From assembly GCA_017610005.1 (NCBI GenBank), contig JAFCCU010000001.1:80371-144370 (forward strand): a stretch of 64,000 bases of DNA. The letters run 5' to 3'. Both the position numbers and the translations under genes were made by a program. This document shows, piece by piece, positions 59,788 to 64,000 of this stretch (the first letter of the stretch is position 1; every line of letters starts with the position of its first letter). The notes under the pieces are model-generated. The model saw only the letters and a list, made by a program, of their open reading frames with translations. It had not been told where the DNA came from and did no database searches. Source of the DNA: Candidatus Woesearchaeota archaeon. GTDB lineage: Archaea; Nanobdellota; Nanobdellia; Woesearchaeales; B29-G15.

Positions 59788-60168
59788 ATGGTCATTTACC
59801 AATTTAATGGGGTAACGTATGACCAAATTTCTGCAACACTAATTGATCGTGGTATTACTTTTAAAGAGATCGCTGAACCCAAGAAAGTGACAGATAGATT
59901 CTATCGTTGTCATTGGATTGATTTATCCTCGGAAACAGATAGGAATCAATTCCGATTAGCCTTAGAAAGGCAACCCTTGCATGTGAGGGTGCGGGGAAAT
60001 GCGAGGAAAGGATTCACTTTATATTATTACGCAGGGTATAAGATAGAAAAAGTTGAAGATTTAGATGGGATTACTGGGGAACTTAAAGATGGCCTTATTC
60101 GTGAAAGAACAATTGTTACCCTCAATGCACAGATTCCAAGCGACCTTGAAATAAAAATTCATAAATAA
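59788..60168 (+). CDS. Hypothetical protein
   Basis: 126-aa ORF. Confidence 0.35.
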   Translation: MVIYQFNGVTYDQISATLIDRGITFKEIAEPKKVTDRFYRCHWIDLSSETDRNQFRLALERQPLHVRVRGNARKGFTLYYYAGYKIEKVEDLDGITGELKDGLIRERTIVTLNAQIPSDLEIKIHK

Positions 60169-60174
60169 AAAAGT

Positions 60175-60480
60175 TTATGCCATTAATTGATGATTATAGG
60201 CTATTTCTAATAATCTCGCAATATTTGTTGCAGAGGTAATATTAACTTTAAACAACATATGCTTTTCATCTTGCACAAGTTCTGCTAAAGTTTCTCTTCC
60301 ACCAACAACTCTCCTTTGCACAAGCAAATTATTGCCTTGGCCCACTAAATACCATCTTTTTAAGGGAAGTTCATCATTAAAAACAACTTCTCCTAACTCA
60401 GATATTAGCTCTTCACGTTCACTTGGTTCGATACAAAATATTGTTTCTTGCATTTTTTTCACCTTTATTCCAATTAGCAA
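60175..60480 (-). CDS. Hypothetical protein
   Basis: 101-aa ORF. Confidence 0.3.
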   Translation of the reverse strand: MLIGIKVKKMQETIFCIEPSEREELISELGEVVFNDELPLKRWYLVGQGNNLLVQRRVVGGRETLAELVQDEKHMLFKVNITSATNIARLLEIAYNHQLMA

Positions 60481-60586
60481 GTTGCATCTTTAAATTGTTT
60501 CACGAGAATATTAGACTATGCCTATTTATGATGAGAAAAATTAGATTATTTCTTTAGTTTAAGAGAGTAAATACAATTCTGATAAA

Positions 60587-61438
60587 TTACTTAAAAACCA
60601 TCGCAGCATATCCTACTGCATTCTTATAATCCTTAGAAATATCTCCAGAAGTATAGTAATTTAATAATCTAATATCACATTTTGGGAGTAAAACAAGTAA
60701 AATTGCAATGCCCATCATCCCACAGATTGTAGCTCCAGTTTCTTCAATGTAGTCAACAAATTTATTCATATCTTGCGCTTTAATAAGCTTAATTGCTCCA
60801 GCATCAAGATCATACATTTTTTGTGCTTTATCAAGTTCAAAAGGTATAAAACCATAAGCTGGCCCATAATGGGTAAAATCACTGCTAACAATGACTACAA
60901 CTCTTTTTCTTGATTCTAAAATCGTTTCTTTTAAGTCGAGAGCAAATTTAGTAATGCTTAAATCATTAGATAGTAAAACTGGAACTATTTTAATATCATT
61001 TAGATGGTCTTTACAAGCATATTGTAAAAAAGGTAGCTGCACTTCAATTGAATGTTCCCCTGGCATATTACTTAATTCTAAATCACTCTTTTCAACTAAT
61101 AATCTAACAAAATCCTTATCAGTTCTAACAAGCCCTAGAGGAGTTTTCCAATCATCCATCATTGTAGAAGATTTTCCAACACTTGAATGGTTGGGCCCTA
61201 GAATAATATAAATATCTGCAAACTCAGCTTCTGCAAGTTCTTTATATGCCCATGCAGCGCAAGCACCAGAATAGATATATCCTGCGTGAGGTGCAATAAT
61301 GCCTTTAATCTCTCCTTTTCTTGGCCCAGGCAAGACTCCAGGCCCCCTCTTCCCGACAAAACAGTTCTTTAGTTGAACATCTAGCTCTTCAAAGTTTCCA
61401 GCATAAAATTGCCCAGCAACAACTGGTGTGCGAACCAT
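60587..61438 (-). CDS. MEMO1-family protein (AmmeMemoRadiSam system protein B)
   Basis: N-terminal MVRTPVVAGQFYAG…IIAPHAGYIYSG and overall MEMO1 architecture. 283 aa. Confidence 0.7.
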   Translation of the reverse strand: MVRTPVVAGQFYAGNFEELDVQLKNCFVGKRGPGVLPGPRKGEIKGIIAPHAGYIYSGACAAWAYKELAEAEFADIYIILGPNHSSVGKSSTMMDDWKTPLGLVRTDKDFVRLLVEKSDLELSNMPGEHSIEVQLPFLQYACKDHLNDIKIVPVLLSNDLSITKFALDLKETILESRKRVVVIVSSDFTHYGPAYGFIPFELDKAQKMYDLDAGAIKLIKAQDMNKFVDYIEETGATICGMMGIAILLVLLPKCDIRLLNYYTSGDISKDYKNAVGYAAMVFK

Positions 61439-61537
61439 AAAATAGAAGGTGTATATTTTATTAATATAATTTATGGTTTAGCTTAAATTATAAAATTAAT
61501 CAAAAACTATTTAAAAAGCCTACAATAATTAATTCAA

Positions 61538-62068
61538 ATGTCTAAAAAATTAGCTATGGGATTATTTGCAAAAGAAAGAGTCTTATTACAAGATTCTGAT
61601 GAAACGAGAGAACTTTTAAATAAATCTGGTTTTGGGAAAAAAATAGCTTCAGGACAAATCCAAATTTCACTTCTAGAAGCATTATATCTAATCCAAGCTG
61701 AAAAAATCGCAATAAAAGATGGGAGAAAGGTTCTTGATTATGAAAAACTTTTAAAAATTGTTACAAAGAAAGATGATAGATTCTATATTAGATTCTGCGT
61801 ATTTAAAGATATTAGGGATAGAGGGTATATTTGTAAAACAGCACTTAAATTTGGCGCTGACTTTAGAGTCTATGATCGTGGTGTAAAACCAGGAGAAGAC
61901 CATGCTAAATGGGTGTTATATGCAGTTCATGAATCTGAAAAACTAACATGGCATGAGTTTGCAGCAAAAAATAGAGTTGCTCATTCTACTAAGAAAAAAC
62001 TTGTTATTGGCATAGTAGATGATGAAAGTGATGTAACATATTATGAATGTGCATGGCTTAGACCTTAA
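61538..62068 (+). CDS. endA: tRNA-splicing endonuclease (EndA, catalytic subunit)
   Basis: ISLLEALYLI, FKDIRDRGYI, GADFRVYDRG and HAKW match the archaeal EndA catalytic-domain motifs. 176 aa. Confidence 0.75.
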   Translation: MSKKLAMGLFAKERVLLQDSDETRELLNKSGFGKKIASGQIQISLLEALYLIQAEKIAIKDGRKVLDYEKLLKIVTKKDDRFYIRFCVFKDIRDRGYICKTALKFGADFRVYDRGVKPGEDHAKWVLYAVHESEKLTWHEFAAKNRVAHSTKKKLVIGIVDDESDVTYYECAWLRP

Positions 62069-62070
62069 TA

Positions 62071-62240
62071 GTCTGAAGTAAGAAGTCTGAAGTCTGAAGT
62101 CTGAAGTCTGAAGTAAGAAGTCTGAAGTCTGAAGTCTGAAGTCTGAAGTCTGAAGTAAGAAGTCTGAAGTCTGAAGTCTGAAGTAAGAAGTCTGAAGTCA
62201 GAAGTTGGGAGTCGGGAGTCAGGAGGTCAAAGTTCGAGAA
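62071..62240. repeat. Tandem heptamer array (GTCTGAA/GTAAGAA)n, the reverse complement of the 47447-47580 array, with a degenerate tail
   Basis: gtctgaagtaagaagtctgaagtctgaagtctgaag… then gtcagaagttgggagtcgggagtcaggaggtcaaagttcgag. Confidence 0.9.
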
Positions 62241-62318
62241 GTTATATTTTTGTTGTATTAATTGCACACTTCCAAAAAGTTTAAATAGAGATTGTCTTAC
62301 TAAATTGCGGGAAAAGAG

Positions 62319-62873
62319 ATGATAGAGATAAAGTTTATAGGAAGAGGGGGGCAAGGTGGTAAGACTGCGGCTTATTTGGCTGCTGAAGCTGCTTTTGCAG
62401 CTGGCAAACAGGTTCAGGCATTCCCTGAATTTGGACCTGAAAGAGAAGGAGCACCAGTATTTGCTTTTACACGAATTTCTGATTCATCGATAAAAATTCA
62501 TTCTGGTGTAACTAACCCTGATATTGTAATTTTGATTGATGAATCACTTTGTGATGAATTGGATGTTATGGCTGGAGTAAAAAAAGGGTCGCCAGTTATT
62601 GTTAATGCTCCAAAAATAAGTTCAAAATTAAAAAGAAAATTAAAAGGAGCTAGCATTCATTATGTTGATGCTACCAAAATTGCTTTAGCACATTTAGGCA
62701 GAAATATTCCAAATCTTGCTATGCTTGGAGCATTAGCAACTGTAAGTGATTTATTTTCTTTAGATTCCTTAGAAAAAGCATTTAAAAAAGAATTGGGGCA
62801 CAAATTAAAGCCTGAAGTAATTAACAAGAATATTTTAGCTATGGAAGAAGCAGCAAAACAGGTAAAAGAATGA
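62319..62873 (+). CDS. porG: Pyruvate (2-oxoacid):ferredoxin oxidoreductase gamma subunit
   Basis: MIEIKFIGRGGQGGKTAAYLAAEAAFAAGKQVQAFPEFGPEREGAP is the canonical POR-gamma N-terminus. Confidence 0.85.
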   Translation: MIEIKFIGRGGQGGKTAAYLAAEAAFAAGKQVQAFPEFGPEREGAPVFAFTRISDSSIKIHSGVTNPDIVILIDESLCDELDVMAGVKKGSPVIVNAPKISSKLKRKLKGASIHYVDATKIALAHLGRNIPNLAMLGALATVSDLFSLDSLEKAFKKELGHKLKPEVINKNILAMEEAAKQVKE

Positions 62874-63142
62874 AAAAATCTTGGAAAAACATGCCAGAAG
62901 GGGGCTTAATAGTTGAAGCTGGAAACTCTATTGAATTTAAAACTGGTGCTTGGGCCTCAGTTAAACCTGTTCATGATAAGAATAAGTGTGTAAATTGTTT
63001 AAAATGTCATTTTATTTGCCCGGAAGGCGCAATTTCAGTTAAGGATGGTAAAATAGACAAATTTGATCTTGATTTTTGTAAAGGTTGTGGAGTATGTGCA
63101 GAAGAATGCCCTGTAAAAGCAATAAAAATGGTGAAAAAATGA
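62870..63142 (+). CDS. porD: POR delta subunit (2x[4Fe-4S] ferredoxin-like)
   Basis: CVNCLKCHFICP and CKGCGVCAEECP. Overlaps the porG stop. Confidence 0.85.
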   Translation: MKKSWKNMPEGGLIVEAGNSIEFKTGAWASVKPVHDKNKCVNCLKCHFICPEGAISVKDGKIDKFDLDFCKGCGVCAEECPVKAIKMVKK

Positions 63143-64000
63143 TTAAGAAAAAAGCAATGACTGGAGCAGAAGCAGCTGCTGAAGCAATGCGTCAGATAAA
63201 CCCTGAAGTAGTTGCAGCATATCCTATTACTCCTCAAACACCAATTATGCATAAATTCTCTCAATTTGTTGCTGAAGGGGATGTTGATACTGAATATATC
63301 AATGTGGAATCTGAACATTCTGCAATGAGTGCATGTGTTGGTGCAAGTGCAGCTGGTGGAAGAGTAATGACTGCAACGTCTGCTAATGGGCTTGCATTAA
63401 TGTTTGAAATCGTTTATATTGCAGCTTCTAGTCGTTTGCCTATTGTTATGAATGTAGTTAATAGGGCGCTTTCAGGGCCAATTAATATTCACTGTGACCA
63501 TTCTGATACAATGGCCTGTAGAGATACTTCTTGGATTCAATTATACTCAGAAAATGCTGAAGAAGTTTATGAAAACAATTTAATTGCATTAAAATTAGCT
63601 GAAAAAGTAAATCTTCCTGTAATGGTTTGCCAAGATGGTTTTATCACAAGTCATGCTGTTGAAAGTATGAAGGTTTTAGATGATAAAACAGTAAAAGATT
63701 ATATAGGGGTTTATAAACCAAAATATTATTTATTAAATATAGATAAGCCAATAACTTCAGGACCTCTGGACTTTTTTGACTATTACTTCGAGCATAAAAG
63801 ACAACAAATTGAAGCAATGACTAAGGTTATTCCTGAGTTTCATAAAATAGTAAAGGATCTAAGCAAACTACTTGGAAAAGACTATGATGTTCTTGAAGAG
63901 TACCACCTTGATGATGCAGAGTATGTAATAATCTCTCTTAATTCAACTGCAGGAACTGTAAAACATACTATAGATAAATTAAGAAAAGAGGGCAAGAAAG
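63139..64000 (+). CDS. porA: POR alpha subunit, 3'-truncated by the window end (not in the ORF track because it has no stop)
   Basis: The ATG overlaps the porD stop (ATGA). MIKKKAMTGAEAAAEAMRQINPEVVAAYPITPQTPI… The frame is open to nt 64000. Confidence 0.8.
   Translation, partial: MIKKKAMTGAEAAAEAMRQINPEVVAAYPITPQTPIMHKFSQFVAEGDVDTEYINVESEHSAMSACVGASAAGGRVMTATSANGLALMFEIVYIAASSRLPIVMNVVNRALSGPINIHCDHSDTMACRDTSWIQLYSENAEEVYENNLIALKLAEKVNLPVMVCQDGFITSHAVESMKVLDDKTVKDYIGVYKPKYYLLNIDKPITSGPLDFFDYYFEHKRQQIEAMTKVIPEFHKIVKDLSKLLGKDYDVLEEYHLDDAEYVIISLNSTAGTVKHTIDKLRKEGKK

Noticed and set aside
62058-62354. 98-aa minus-strand ORF spanning the heptamer array
   Set aside because: Its translation is just the repeat read in frame (…LQTSDFRLLTSDF…), an artefact of tandem repeats.
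63007-63318. 103-aa minus-strand ORF
   Set aside because: Antisense to porD/porA.

Overview
AT-rich archaeal chromosomal window, roughly one-third GC by eye. The gene content (family-B DNA polymerase, membrane LonB, PAC2 proteasome-assembly chaperone, tRNA-splicing endonuclease, XPD helicase, pyruvate:ferredoxin oxidoreductase porGDA, TrmB regulators, many small hypothetical genes) suggests a small-genome, possibly DPANN-like archaeon; that assignment is inference. Most of the window is tightly packed protein-coding sequence on both strands. I found no rRNA, convincing tRNA or CRISPR array. The standout feature is a ~13 kb same-strand array (2431-15591) of ten paralogous genes. Every product starts with the same ~16-aa tag (consensus M-S-D-S-V-R-K-x-L-D-D-L-L-R-E-P), followed by very different bodies. 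Five are parallel beta-helix proteins, two are type-II membrane-anchored giants, one is a 114-aa tail-anchored protein, and two are unrelated in fold. The array shows nucleotide-level conserved 5' ends and duplicated gene-junction fragments, which point to cassette-style recombination. It is bracketed by two TrmB-family regulator genes; the downstream one is frameshifted and flanked by ~190-bp direct repeats. Other notable items: a tyrosine-recombinase gene embedded in extremely AT-rich DNA carrying arrays of an 18-20 bp palindrome, next to an AbiEii-type nucleotidyltransferase and an 809-aa unknown; two inverted arrays of a heptamer tandem repeat (TTCAGAC/TTCTTAC) bounding a 14.5 kb segment; a degraded Bro-N/DinD-like gene broken at two poly-A runs; a NadE-NMNAT fusion; and an NYN-domain protein with histone-H1-like and RS-rich tails.
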